Counted from the first letter of the stretch, positions 39,594 through 49,954 are shown. The stretch: 64,000 bases of DNA from Polyangiaceae bacterium (GCA_044376115.1 JBILLK010000019.1:96001-160000), one strand, 5' to 3'. Made by a program: numbers and translations. The notes: a model not told the origin generated them from the sequence alone.

Positions 39594-40135
39594 ACGCGGC
39601 CGACTCCTCCGTCGATGATGGTGTCTTCAATCGGTGCCGTTCCCAGCTCTTCGTCGTTGGCGCCAATGACGAAGAGCACGATCGCTGCCGCCAGCGCGCC
39701 ACCACTGGCGAGCCCGGTCGGCAAGATCCAACTCGGCAGATCGCAGCTCTGGCCCAGGCAAAGCACCGTGGTTGCGCCCAGCGACGCGAGCAGCCCTCCA
39801 GCCGCCGCCAAGCCGGTGGCAAAGGCCGAGGCGAGGTAAGGTGAGGGCGTGCGCTTGGTCCCCGGCAACGGCTGTTCAAAGTGCATCTTTGCCGTGTAGC
39901 CGCGCAGTTTGGGATCGCTTGGCCCGCCGAAGACCTCACCAGGGGCTGGAGGGTCTGCGATCAGAAGACCCGCTCCAAGCGGCGTTCCGTCTTCGGTGCA
40001 AAGGGTATGTCTGAAGGTCGTCGACGTCTGCGCCCGTGCCACGTCCCCGGGGTGAAGCATCACGTGGTAATAGCGTTGGCTACAGCCAGTCGTCAGCATC
40101 GCCATCAGCGCCAACGCCCCGAGCTGCGATGCCAT
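39581..40135 (-). CDS. Hypothetical lipoprotein with two C-terminal hydrophobic helices
   Basis: TTGC lipobox; directly follows uraH. Confidence 0.55.
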   Translation of the reverse strand: MASQLGALALMAMLTTGCSQRYYHVMLHPGDVARAQTSTTFRHTLCTEDGTPLGAGLLIADPPAPGEVFGGPSDPKLRGYTAKMHFEQPLPGTKRTPSPYLASAFATGLAAAGGLLASLGATTVLCLGQSCDLPSWILPTGLASGGALAAAIVLFVIGANDEELGTAPIEDTIIDGGVGRVCNR

Positions 40136-40144
40136 TTTCAAAGC

Positions 40145-40480
40145 TCAGCTACCTCGATAGGTGGAATAGCCATAGGGGCTTAGCAGCAGCGGTACATGGT
40201 AATGCTCGCGCCCAGCCTCGACGTTGAATACCACCGTAACCTCGGGGTAGAAGCCGACTACGCCCTGCGTTTGGAAGTAGGGCGCCGTCTCGAACTCGAG
40301 CTTGTAGACGCCCGCCTCGAGCTTGTGGCTCTCGGGCAAGAGCGTGCGCAAGCGCCCATCCTCGTCAGTATTGCCCGAGCCCAAGAGCACGTAGCTGCCC
40401 GCCTGGGAGTGGAACAGCTTGACGGCTACGTTACTCGCCGGGCGCCCGCGCGAGAGATCCAGAATGTGGGTGGTAATCAC
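40145..40480 (-). CDS. uraH: 5-hydroxyisourate hydrolase (transthyretin-like)
   Basis: ITTHILD...G.PA, HYHVPLLLSPYGYSTYRGS. Confidence 0.96.
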   Translation of the reverse strand: MITTHILDLSRGRPASNVAVKLFHSQAGSYVLLGSGNTDEDGRLRTLLPESHKLEAGVYKLEFETAPYFQTQGVVGFYPEVTVVFNVEAGREHYHVPLLLSPYGYSTYRGS

Positions 40481-42015
40481 GGTTCACACAGCTTTCGCAG
40501 GCGCAGGTTGGCGATGGCGAGCAGTTCTTGTCCGGCCCGCGCGAGCTCAGCGTCGGGGTCATTCTCGAGCCGCTGGGTGAGCGCCGCGAGCAGCTCGGCC
40601 ACCGTCTTGCCGCTGGCGCAGATGATGTACGTAAAGCCGAAGCGAGCCTCGTAAGCGCGGTTGTTCTCCGCCATCTCGTCGCGTTGCGCGTCGGTGGCGG
40701 TTGCCATCCCCGCTTGCTCCTTGCGCGACCACTGCACCTCGTGCTGCTCGCGCTTGGCCGCGGCTTGGCTTTCCCCGATGCGCGGGTGAGCCGACATGGC
40801 CTCTTTCCACTCGCTCGGGCCGAGCGCTTCCCAGGCCTTTGTTGCTGCCTTGAGCAGCGCCTCCGGACCCTGGAACGGCCGGGCCTTGGTCATCGCCAAA
40901 GCCCAAGACTCGACGGCGGCGCACGCCTTGAAGGCGGCTTGGGCCTCCGGCGGCGGCAAGCGGTTGATGCGCTCGAGGCCGAGCTTGAGTCGCTCCTCCT
41001 CCTCCAGCGTACCGAAGGCGCGCAAACGACTGACTCCGCCGTCGGGATAGACCGATAAACGCAGGTGTGTCACCGGCCCAATCGGCAGGAGCTCCGGCTC
41101 GAAGAAGTGCCGCGTATGCGCCATCAGCTTGCGCCGCGGGAGCAGCGGCTTCCACTCGGCGGCTGAAAGCTCGGCGCCGTCCTCGAGCGCACAGCCGTCG
41201 ATGCTGGCGGTGTCCGGGAAGTTGCCCTTGAAGTGGTTGGTGTCGATCTCGACGCGGCTGATGCTGCCGCGCGCGGCGAGCTTGAGCACCGCCCAGTCGT
41301 TGCCTGGCCCGCGCCGTCTGCGGGTTTCCCAGCCGTCGCTCATGTTCACCGCGCGGCCCGGCATGATCAGGTTGCGCCGTTCACCGAAGAACATGTCGCT
41401 GGCGGTGAGCACGTCCCCGCCGTTTTCGGCTGCCGCGAGGTCCACCTCGCCGCGCGCGTGGCCGCGCCGGTGCCAATCCGGGACCACGCTGCCGATCACC
41501 CGAAGGCGCGCAACGCCGCCGTCGGGATAGATAACTAATTTTACGTGGGTGAAGGCAAACGAACAATCGACCTCGAAGCGGTTCTTGCTGTTGCCCTCGA
41601 GGTTCGAGCGCTCGAGGATGGGCGTCCACACCGTCTCGGGCGAGTGCAGGGCCTCCTCCGAGGCGTCGATCGGTAGCGCGGTGCCGAGCACCTCGCAGGC
41701 CTCCGGGAAGTTCCCTCGGAACCAGGAGGTATCCACGATCAGCGCGCGAACCACGCCCGGGCAACCCAAGCGAATGATCGCCCAGTCGTGGAAGTCCGGG
41801 TGCAGCGAGGTATCAGCGGTGCCGTCCGGATGGCGTTTGCGACGGCTCTCCCAGCCGTCCATCCATTTGCCTTTATCGGTGTAGGCGTGTTCGCGCCACT
41901 CGGCGTCATGCGCCAAAAGGAGGTTCTCCTTCTCGGCGAAGAAGTCGTCACTGCAGGAAACGACCACGGCTCCGAGCCGCAGCGATGCGAGATTCAGCCC
42001 ATCAAACGCAGTCAT
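40477..42015 (-). CDS. alc: Bifunctional allantoicase / OHCU decarboxylase fusion
   Basis: Two DGWE.RR and YPDGGV.RLR repeats, then HPRIGE...YEARFGFTYIICASG (UraD); true start ATG 42015. Confidence 0.92.
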   Translation of the reverse strand: MTAFDGLNLASLRLGAVVVSCSDDFFAEKENLLLAHDAEWREHAYTDKGKWMDGWESRRKRHPDGTADTSLHPDFHDWAIIRLGCPGVVRALIVDTSWFRGNFPEACEVLGTALPIDASEEALHSPETVWTPILERSNLEGNSKNRFEVDCSFAFTHVKLVIYPDGGVARLRVIGSVVPDWHRRGHARGEVDLAAAENGGDVLTASDMFFGERRNLIMPGRAVNMSDGWETRRRRGPGNDWAVLKLAARGSISRVEIDTNHFKGNFPDTASIDGCALEDGAELSAAEWKPLLPRRKLMAHTRHFFEPELLPIGPVTHLRLSVYPDGGVSRLRAFGTLEEEERLKLGLERINRLPPPEAQAAFKACAAVESWALAMTKARPFQGPEALLKAATKAWEALGPSEWKEAMSAHPRIGESQAAAKREQHEVQWSRKEQAGMATATDAQRDEMAENNRAYEARFGFTYIICASGKTVAELLAALTQRLENDPDAELARAGQELLAIANLRLRKLCEP

Positions 42016-43394
42016 CAAACGCCTCCTTTGAGCCACTGCCCGCTGCTCGCCGCGACCGGCACCTCGGCTTCGTCGGCACGATAGACGCAGGTGCCGCGAA
42101 CGTAGGTGGCGGCGATCGCGCCGAGCAACGTCTCCCCGTCGTACGGGGTCAGCTTGTTCTTGTGACGAATGCTGGGCTTCGTCACGGTGGTCTTGGCGTG
42201 CTCGTTCAGGAAGGTGAAGTCGGCGTCGAGCCCGACCTCGAGCGCACCTTTGCGGCCGCTGAGGCGCGCATGACGAGCAGGGTTGCGGCTCATCCAACGT
42301 GTGACGTCCTCCAAGCTGAATCCGCGCTTCTTGGCCTCGGTGTGGACCGCCAGAAAGCTCCATTGCAGCCCGGCGATACCGCCCCACGCGCCCATGAAGT
42401 CACCTTCCTCGGTGCGCTTGAGCTCAGGGAGGCAAGGCGAGTGATCCGAGACCACCATTTCAATAAGCCCTTCACGAACGGCGTCCCACAAGGCCTCGCG
42501 ATTTCGCGCCTCGCGGATGGGGGGCGCACACTTGAACCAGGTCGCTCCGTCGGGGATGTCTTCGGCGCTGAAATGCAGATAGTGCGGAGCCGTCTCGGCG
42601 GTCAGCGGCACGCCCTCGTCGCGAGCCTTCTTGAGCCAGGTGAGCGCGGTCGCCGAGGATAGGTGCACTACATGGATCGGCACCTGGGTGCTGGCGGCCA
42701 GCGCATACAGCTGGGCAACGGCGCGCTCCTCGGCGGACGGTGGGCGCGAGGCGAGGTACGTCGCGTACGAGCGGCTATCCATGCGGGCGATCACGTCGGC
42801 CACCGCGTCGATCGGCCCTTCAAGCTCCGCGTGCACCATCAGCGGCACGCCACGGTCTTTGAGCTGGGCCAGCGCGTCCTCGATGTTGGAAAGCGAGACG
42901 AAGGGAAACTCCAGCACCCCGGAGGGCAACATGAAGCACTTGAAGCCGTGTGCGCCCTCATCGAGCAGGTGACCGAGCGAGCGCCGATCCCCAGTGGTGT
43001 TATCCGGGACTGCGCCGCCCCAAAGCCCAACGTCGACGCGCAAGCGACCTTCCGTAGCCGCGGCCTTCTCGGCCAGCCCGCGCGCGCTGGTGGCCGGCGG
43101 AATGCTGTTGAGCGGCATATCAACCAAGGTGGTTATGCCGCCTGCCGCCGCGGCTGAGGTGGCCGTCTCGAAGCCCTCCCATTCGGTGCGGCCCGGCTCA
43201 TTGATGTGAACGTGGGTATCGACGATGCCGGGGAGCAGCGTACAAGACTCGAACTCGACGATCGGTGCCCCTTCCGGGACGGCCTCATACGCTGCAATGG
43301 CCGCGATCCTGCCGCCGACGACCTTCACGCTCGCCGGCTTGATCCCAGTGGGGAGCACCGCGCGCTTGGCGCGAAAGAACTGTTCTTCGCTCAT
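42015..43394 (-). CDS. allB: Allantoinase
   Basis: DTHVHINEPGRTEWEGF, GFKCF, FKCAPPIR, SDHSPC, AWGGI. Confidence 0.95.
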   Translation of the reverse strand: MSEEQFFRAKRAVLPTGIKPASVKVVGGRIAAIAAYEAVPEGAPIVEFESCTLLPGIVDTHVHINEPGRTEWEGFETATSAAAAGGITTLVDMPLNSIPPATSARGLAEKAAATEGRLRVDVGLWGGAVPDNTTGDRRSLGHLLDEGAHGFKCFMLPSGVLEFPFVSLSNIEDALAQLKDRGVPLMVHAELEGPIDAVADVIARMDSRSYATYLASRPPSAEERAVAQLYALAASTQVPIHVVHLSSATALTWLKKARDEGVPLTAETAPHYLHFSAEDIPDGATWFKCAPPIREARNREALWDAVREGLIEMVVSDHSPCLPELKRTEEGDFMGAWGGIAGLQWSFLAVHTEAKKRGFSLEDVTRWMSRNPARHARLSGRKGALEVGLDADFTFLNEHAKTTVTKPSIRHKNKLTPYDGETLLGAIAATYVRGTCVYRADEAEVPVAASSGQWLKGGV

Positions 43395-44590
43395 GGTCCC
43401 TTGGCTCCCTGGTCGATCCAGGCTCGCAGCGTCTCGCGCTCGGCCTGCGTCATGTTGGTTTGGTTGGCGAGCGGCATGCTCTTCGACTTCACGGCGCGCT
43501 CTTCAATCTTCGGCGCGTGCCGCACGATCAGATCGGCGCTGTCGAACATGATGCCGTTGGGAGCCACTTTGTAGCCGGGGTTGGTCGGCGTGGTCGAGTG
43601 GCACTCGGTGCAGCGGTTGTGGATGATCTCCGCCACCTCGGCGAACTCGACCGGGGTGGTCCGCTTCTGCGAGGGGCTGAGCATGTCCTTGTCGCTCATC
43701 ATCACCAGCGTGAAGGACGCGGCTCCAAAGGCCACGAAGCTGGTGGGCCAGAACCACATCTTGTGGGTGAAGCGCATGTTCATGCCATGCCGAACGAAGG
43801 CGCCGGCCGAACACAACACCAGCAAGATCACCCAGGACTTGGGGTGCCCAAAGGTCGAAGGGAAATGCCCGCTGAGCATGATGAACAAGAGCGGGAAGGT
43901 GAAGTAGTTGTTGTGAATCGAGCGCTGTTTGGCCTGGTAGCCAACGGCTGGATCTTGCTCGCGGCCCTCTTTGGTCGCGGCGATCAGCTCGCGCTGTGAC
44001 GGCATGATCACGAACCAGACGTTGCCCGTCATGATCGTGCCCATCAGAATGCCGACATGCATGTAGGCGGCTCGGCCGCTGAAGAAGTTGAAGTAGACGG
44101 CGGAGGCGCCAATCACGATGCCGAGCGTCAGCAGCGTTGCCAACGTAACGCTCTTACCGATCTTGGTGCGCCAAACGATGTCGTACAGGATCCAAGCGGC
44201 CGGCAGACTCGCTGCGCTAATCCCTATTGCGGTATTGGCGCTGATGGCGGCGATCTCCGGGTCCACCATCATCGAGGCAGCGCTCATGTAGTAGACGAGC
44301 ACCATTAGCGAGATGCCACTCGCCCAAGTGGTGAAGTTCTGCCACTTGAACCAATGCAGGTTGTCGGGGAGCTGGGAGGGTGAGAGAGCGAGCTTCTCCA
44401 TTTGGTAGAAGCCCCCGGAGTGAACCATCCAGATCTCCCCCACGAGCCCCTTGCGCGGGCCGCTCTTGGGCGTCTCCAGATTGCGGTCAATCCAGTTCCA
44501 GAGCATCGAGTTGCCGATCCACATGATGCCGGCGATGAGGTGAACCCAACGCGCAATCAATTGGACCAGCTCAGCTAGCGGATCGAACAT
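43391..44590 (-). CDS. puuD: Membrane urate oxidase/hydroxylase with cytochrome c domain
   Basis: RWVHLIAGIMWIGNS, LHWFKW, RSIHNNYFTFP, C-terminal CTECH...MP. Confidence 0.92.
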   Translation of the reverse strand: MFDPLAELVQLIARWVHLIAGIMWIGNSMLWNWIDRNLETPKSGPRKGLVGEIWMVHSGGFYQMEKLALSPSQLPDNLHWFKWQNFTTWASGISLMVLVYYMSAASMMVDPEIAAISANTAIGISAASLPAAWILYDIVWRTKIGKSVTLATLLTLGIVIGASAVYFNFFSGRAAYMHVGILMGTIMTGNVWFVIMPSQRELIAATKEGREQDPAVGYQAKQRSIHNNYFTFPLLFIMLSGHFPSTFGHPKSWVILLVLCSAGAFVRHGMNMRFTHKMWFWPTSFVAFGAASFTLVMMSDKDMLSPSQKRTTPVEFAEVAEIIHNRCTECHSTTPTNPGYKVAPNGIMFDSADLIVRHAPKIEERAVKSKSMPLANQTNMTQAERETLRAWIDQGAKGP

Positions 44591-44630
44591 GTGTTTGGAC
44601 CTGAACGCTCGCGGTCGCACGAACGACGAA

Positions 44631-44661
44631 GGGCGGCAAGCGCTTGCATCGCTTGTCGCCC
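44631..44661 (-). terminator. Hairpin between kinase gene and puuD
   Basis: GGGCGACAAGCG / CGCTTGCCGCCC (11 of 12 paired) followed by TTCGTCGTT. Confidence 0.4.
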
Positions 44662-44688
44662 AACACTGCCTTTAGCCGTTGCGGAGCC

Positions 44689-47187
44689 TCAGTTCTTGCT
44701 GGGCGCCTTTTTCTTCGAGCCGCGCTTTTCTTGGGGTTTCTTCTTCTTCGTCTCGGCCCGGCGCACTTTCTTCTTGTCTCGCTTGGGCTTGGTCGTCGTC
44801 TCGCCTAGCTCGCTGTCTTCGCTTGCGTCGGCCAGCAACTTTTCACGGGCCGCCCCGCTCAGGTTCGGCGGCCCAACGAACGGTTGCTTGGGGTTGAACG
44901 CAGGCTCTTGCCAGCCGTCTGCTGCGGGCTTGCTGGCGAGCGTGGCTGGCTCGGGCACGGCCTGCTGGGGGAACGCTTGCGCTGCCGCTGCGAGGTCCGC
45001 GGGCAGGGCAGGGCGAGCCTGCTCGTGGTTGAGGAAGGGCGCCTTTGCCTGGGCTCTCGCGACGAGCTCACCGCCCGAGCTGGTCAGCGTCGAAGCGATG
45101 ACGAGCAGACCGGCCGTGAGCGCGCCAAGCGCTGCTACCGCGCCGAGCTTGCGTCGTCGTGCCCGCGCTCGCTCCGGCTCGTTGAGCGCAGCGAGCACCT
45201 CGGCTCGCATCTCGGTTGCGCTGGAAAAGCGAAGCGAAGCGTGGCGCGCCAAGGCTTTGCCGACCAACGTGTCAAGCAGCTTGGCGTGCCCGACGGCTTG
45301 CAGCAGTTCGCTCGGTGGCGGCGGGCTTCCTTGCGCTTTGGCTTGAATCACGCCCATCTGCGTATCGGCCTTGAACGGCACCGAGCCGGTGAGCAGCTCG
45401 TAAAGCATCGTACCAACGGCGTAGAGATCGGCGCGCACATCCACCTCGTGTGGGCGGGCGGCCTGTTCTGGCGCCATGTAGTCCGGCGTTCCCCAAAGTT
45501 CGACGCCGCTGCTCGTCGGCGCGGGCGTGAACACCTCGGCGAGATCGCGATCATCGCGCGCGATCGCGATACCGAAGTCGATCAGGGTGAGCGAGCCGTC
45601 GTCTGCGAGGATGACGTTGCTGGGCTTGAGGTCGCGGTGAATGACGCCCTTTTCGTGAACCGCGGCGAGCACGGCGAGCAGCTTCTCGGTCAGCTGCAGG
45701 GACTCGGTGACGGTGAGTTTGCCGCCCTTGAGCTTGCTCTCGAGGTTCTGGCCCTCACACAGCTCGAGCACCAAGAAGGGGCGGTCATCGGCGGTGCGGC
45801 CGACGTCACGTAGGCGAACTACCCCGGGAACGTCGAGCAGCGAAAGCACCCGCATCTCCCGACGAAGCTGCGTTTCACCCAGCTTGTCTTTCGAATCGAG
45901 CAGCTTGATGGCGACGGTCCGATCGAGGTCAACGTGCAGCGCTTTGTGCACCGACGAGCCTTGCCCGCGGCCAAGCTCACTCAGCAGCTTGTAGCGGGTG
46001 CCTGGAAGGACGCCCTCTTCGCTTTCGCGCACGGCGTGAGCCACCCGCGGCGTGTTGGCGCGCGGCGTCTTGCTGGCGCCAAAGACTTTGCGCGCCTCAG
46101 CGACCAAACGCAGAAACTCGCGCCGCGCGCGGGTGGTCTCCCCGTTGAACATGCGGTTCATCAACATCTGCACTCGGCCGCGAACGCCGCGTTCACCCGA
46201 GGCCATCGGCGGGGCGTGGCTCAGCAAGGAGGCGAGCTCACGGGCCGCATCTTTCGTGCGCGCATAGCGGTGATTCTTGTCGAAGCTGGTCAGCCGCTTG
46301 ATGACCACGTCCAAGCCTGGTGGAGCGTCTTCACAATCGGAGATCGGCGGTAGCTCGCGTTCGCCTTTGGCTACTAGGGCCATGTGCTCGCTGGCCTCGC
46401 CACTCAGGAAGCGGCGGCCGCACACGAGTTCCCACAGCATGACGCCGATGGCGTACAGATCGACGCGGAAGTCGCCGGAGTTCCCGTTGGCCACCTCGGG
46501 CGCGACGTAGCCGGGTTTGGCGTAGACCACGCCGCTCACGGTGTGGCATCGGCGGTTCTCCCCGCGGGCCGTACCGAAGTCGATGATTTTGACCTCACCG
46601 CCGTAGCTCACCATCAGGTTCTGCGGTGACAGGTCACGGTGCACGATCGAGAGCGGCTTGCCGTCTCCGTCGCTGCGCTCGTGGACGTGCGAGAGCGCCT
46701 CGGCCGTCAGCTGGATGATCGCTACCGCCTCGTGCCATGCAACGCGCTGGCTCGTCGATACCGAGCGCGCGCGGACGTCGCCCAGACTGCGCCCGTCCAC
46801 ATACTCGACTACGACGTACGGCTCTGAGGTTTCATCGTCCACCGTGGCTTCGAGCACCTGCGCGACGCCGGGGTGCTCCAGCTGGGCCTGCACGCGGGCC
46901 TCGTCCAAGAAGCGAGCCTTGAAGCTCTTGTCTGTGCGGTGCTCGCTGCGAATCGTCTTGACGATCACCGGTCGCTCGGCGCCCTCGAGGCCAAGCGCCG
47001 CTGCGAGCATTACCTCGCCCATCCCTCCCTTGGCGATCCGGCGTAACAATACATAGCGACCGAAGCGCCGCGGTAACTCGAAGTAGGCAAGCGCCGCCGG
47101 GCGCAGTGGCTCGCGCGCGGGAGCAGGCCGACTCAGGGAGCTAGGCACGCTGCCATGAGACGCGGGACCGAGGGAGGAGGACTCCAT
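44689..47187 (-). CDS. Ser/Thr kinase with two tandem kinase domains and TM helix
   Basis: HRDLSPQN/DFG and HRDLKPSN/DFG/GTPDYMAPE. Confidence 0.92.
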   Translation of the reverse strand: MESSSLGPASHGSVPSSLSRPAPAREPLRPAALAYFELPRRFGRYVLLRRIAKGGMGEVMLAAALGLEGAERPVIVKTIRSEHRTDKSFKARFLDEARVQAQLEHPGVAQVLEATVDDETSEPYVVVEYVDGRSLGDVRARSVSTSQRVAWHEAVAIIQLTAEALSHVHERSDGDGKPLSIVHRDLSPQNLMVSYGGEVKIIDFGTARGENRRCHTVSGVVYAKPGYVAPEVANGNSGDFRVDLYAIGVMLWELVCGRRFLSGEASEHMALVAKGERELPPISDCEDAPPGLDVVIKRLTSFDKNHRYARTKDAARELASLLSHAPPMASGERGVRGRVQMLMNRMFNGETTRARREFLRLVAEARKVFGASKTPRANTPRVAHAVRESEEGVLPGTRYKLLSELGRGQGSSVHKALHVDLDRTVAIKLLDSKDKLGETQLRREMRVLSLLDVPGVVRLRDVGRTADDRPFLVLELCEGQNLESKLKGGKLTVTESLQLTEKLLAVLAAVHEKGVIHRDLKPSNVILADDGSLTLIDFGIAIARDDRDLAEVFTPAPTSSGVELWGTPDYMAPEQAARPHEVDVRADLYAVGTMLYELLTGSVPFKADTQMGVIQAKAQGSPPPPSELLQAVGHAKLLDTLVGKALARHASLRFSSATEMRAEVLAALNEPERARARRRKLGAVAALGALTAGLLVIASTLTSSGGELVARAQAKAPFLNHEQARPALPADLAAAAQAFPQQAVPEPATLASKPAADGWQEPAFNPKQPFVGPPNLSGAAREKLLADASEDSELGETTTKPKRDKKKVRRAETKKKKPQEKRGSKKKAPSKN

Positions 47188-47330
47188 AGCTTCCCCTACG
47201 GGCCGAGCTTTCGCTGGGCCAAGAAATCAACTGAAGACGCGGGCTCTACTTCAATAAGGGCGGCGGCGGGCCGCGCCCGAGGTTGACCAGGTGCTGATCC
47301 CGTTCCCCAATTGCGGTATAGGTCGCAGCT

Positions 47331-48359
47331 ATGGGGAAGAGGAATACGATCGCCTTTTTGGTTGCGCTGGCTCTGACGACGACCGGCTGCGATGTCATCA
47401 ACAAGCTAAAGAAGGCCAAGGAAGACTTGGCCTCCACCACCAGCTCGGCGGCCGCCAAGGAAGGGCCGCTCTCCGATGACCCGGATGAAGCGCTGGGATT
47501 GAAGTTGAACCACCCGATCGAGTGCATCAACAATACGTCTTCAGCCGTTTTTCGCAGCTACGACCGCTACGTCTCCTGGGTCGATCCGAAGGCCGGCATC
47601 ACCGGCAAAGAGCGCAACGTGTACGGCCTCTACGAGATCAACAAGACCTTCGTCGACCGCTGCAAGAAGGCTCTTGTGGACCTGAAGAACGTCAAGGAGC
47701 CCAAGACGCCCGAGCTCGACGGCTTTGCCGCGACCTACGAGACCAAGCTCGACGCGGTGATGACTGCGGCCACCGACGCCTATAAGTACTACAACCAAAA
47801 GGACTACGAAGACGACAAGTTCGCCAAGGCCAAGACCATGCATCCCGGCCTAATCAAGGCGTTCGAAGAGTTCGACGCGGCGGACAAGGCGATGCGCGAC
47901 GAGCTCACTCGGCTCAAATCCGGCATGAGCGAACGCGAGATCGCCAAGGTGGAGAAAGAGCAGGGGAAGAAGCTGCTCTGGCACAAGCTCAAGATGAGCA
48001 TCGTGGCGGAGAAGGTCGTTCAGGCGGGCAACATGGATATCGCCAAGATTGACCTCGCTAAGCTCGAGGCCGCGACCAAGGATCTCGAGGACATGACGAA
48101 CCAGCTTGAGTCGTACGCCAAGGCCCATACTGATGAGACGTCCAAGGTCCTGCTCTGGAGCACTTATGAGTCCAAGCCTGGGGAGCTGTTGCGCTCCGCC
48201 AAGTCGCTGATGCGCCGTGTTCGCGACAAGAAGCCGTTCGAGACCAGCGAGACGATGATGATCAACGGCGGCAACCCGCAAATGATCGAGGGGCACCCGG
48301 CGCACCTCTTGGCCAAGTACAACGACTTGATCAAAGCGTCGAACTCGGTGAAGTTTTAA
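47331..48359 (+). CDS. YiiG/DUF3829-like lipoprotein
   Basis: TTGC; IECIN, YYNQKDYEDDKFAKAKTMH. Confidence 0.8.
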   Translation: MGKRNTIAFLVALALTTTGCDVINKLKKAKEDLASTTSSAAAKEGPLSDDPDEALGLKLNHPIECINNTSSAVFRSYDRYVSWVDPKAGITGKERNVYGLYEINKTFVDRCKKALVDLKNVKEPKTPELDGFAATYETKLDAVMTAATDAYKYYNQKDYEDDKFAKAKTMHPGLIKAFEEFDAADKAMRDELTRLKSGMSEREIAKVEKEQGKKLLWHKLKMSIVAEKVVQAGNMDIAKIDLAKLEAATKDLEDMTNQLESYAKAHTDETSKVLLWSTYESKPGELLRSAKSLMRRVRDKKPFETSETMMINGGNPQMIEGHPAHLLAKYNDLIKASNSVKF

Positions 48360-49954
48360 AGCGCTATCGTGAAGGCGCCTTCCGGCGGCGCAAAACAAAC
48401 GAGGCTGGGGTTGTCTTCGGGCATCTCCAGCTTCATGTGGCTTAGCAGCAGCTTCCCCGTCTCTGCGTTGGGCACGGTGATGCCGAGCCGGCGCTTCCCA
48501 CCGTGGTTGAAGTCGAGCAGCGTCTCCGTCGTGCGTTTCTCGAAGGACTTGAGCGCCCTCTTGGTGCGAGGAAAGTCGAACTTCTTCGGTGTCCTGTCGG
48601 ACACGTCGTAGAGGAATAGGAACGGCGTTTTGCAGCTCTCGGTCAGCAGGGGGAAGACCTCGGAGGCTGCGCTGCTCGAGTCGGGCCTATTCTTGAAAAG
48701 GTCCGCGGGCGGCGTGCCGAGCAGCCTCTGGTCCACGGTGCCGAGCAGCACCGAGATGCCAGAGATCTCCCCGCCAACCGACGCATAGGCGGTGTTCTCG
48801 TCGCTGGCCCAAAGCGCCGTCAGCCGGACTTGCTTGGGCGGGACGAATTGCTGGTAACGGTTGTCCTTGGTGACGCTGACCAATTTGTGAAGCTCGTTCG
48901 ACCCTTGGTAGCGACCGACGTTCAACCCGAAGAAGCTGCCATCCGGCGTTGCCCACGCTGCGGCGATGTGGCCCGGGTCATGGGTCTCGAGCCTCCGGGT
49001 GCTAACGCCGTCGAAGCGCGCGAGGTAGTACGGCGAACTCGCGCTGGAGAGGGTGACGTAGACAGCGTTCTTTGAGCTTACTGCGATATGGTGGTGATAG
49101 GGCATTAGCTCGCCTGCGGCCTCGAGCTCGGGCAGGTCCTCGATGCGGCTCTTGCTTTCACCGGCTGGCCAGTACTCCAAGGCGAACTTCTTGGTGTCAC
49201 AACGCTGTCCGAGTACGTAGACCTCTCCGCTGGGCAAAGTCGCTACGTCGAACGGGCGAAGCAGCGCGCCGCTGCAACCCTGCTTGGCTTCGGCTTTGGT
49301 GGGTTGAAGCTCCACCTTGGCGGTGCCGTGCACGACCGCGAGCGCATCGCCGTTGATGCCCAGGAAGACGCCGTCGGTCCAGGGCACCACGTTGAAGGGT
49401 AGCTTCTTCTCGACCGTCCACTGGCCAGCGTGACGCACGTACGCAACGTCCCGCGAGCTTGATTGGCGAGCGCCAAAGAAGCTACTGAAGTTCGCCTCGG
49501 CCCAAAGATCCTCGGGCCAGTTACCCTCGAGCTTGCGAATCTCGTACGCCCCGAGCAGCGGCGTATTCTTCTCCACCTTCTCGGTGGTGACGGCCTTGGG
49601 CTTGAGCTTCAGCTTACCGTCCTCGAGCTCGTAGACATGGCCTGCTTTGGTGACCACCATACGATCGCGGAAGGGATGAATCACAAAGTCCGAGGACGCT
49701 TGGCCTCCCGGCATAAAGCCAGCGTCTTCCTTCAGGTAAGCAACCGGGAAGAGCGGCTTGCTCGCAGGCTTCGTCTTGATCGTGCTGCGATCCACCTGCT
49801 CCGGCGTAGTCGGGCTGGCCGATGCCGATACTGCGCTGGCCGGACGTTCGGAGGTGATGGGCGCCGCGGACGACTTCGATTCAGCCTTTGTCTGGTCTCC
49901 GCAGCCGAGGGCCGAGAGCGCGAGCAGGAGCGTGGAGCGTTGAGCCGGATACAT
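48356..49954 (-). CDS. Hypothetical lipoprotein
   Basis: ALGC lipobox after ATG 49954. Confidence 0.65.
   Translation of the reverse strand: MYPAQRSTLLLALSALGCGDQTKAESKSSAAPITSERPASAVSASASPTTPEQVDRSTIKTKPASKPLFPVAYLKEDAGFMPGGQASSDFVIHPFRDRMVVTKAGHVYELEDGKLKLKPKAVTTEKVEKNTPLLGAYEIRKLEGNWPEDLWAEANFSSFFGARQSSSRDVAYVRHAGQWTVEKKLPFNVVPWTDGVFLGINGDALAVVHGTAKVELQPTKAEAKQGCSGALLRPFDVATLPSGEVYVLGQRCDTKKFALEYWPAGESKSRIEDLPELEAAGELMPYHHHIAVSSKNAVYVTLSSASSPYYLARFDGVSTRRLETHDPGHIAAAWATPDGSFFGLNVGRYQGSNELHKLVSVTKDNRYQQFVPPKQVRLTALWASDENTAYASVGGEISGISVLLGTVDQRLLGTPPADLFKNRPDSSSAASEVFPLLTESCKTPFLFLYDVSDRTPKKFDFPRTKRALKSFEKRTTETLLDFNHGGKRRLGITVPNAETGKLLLSHMKLEMPEDNPSLVCFAPPEGAFTIAL

Noticed and set aside
42016..42387. 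N-terminal extension of the allantoicase ORF
   Set aside because: Overlaps allB in another frame; the real start is ATG 42015
30998..44590. Link between selD and purine catabolism via Se-dependent xanthine dehydrogenase
   Set aside because: No xdh, yqeB or yqeC in the window; 8 kb of unrelated genes lie between
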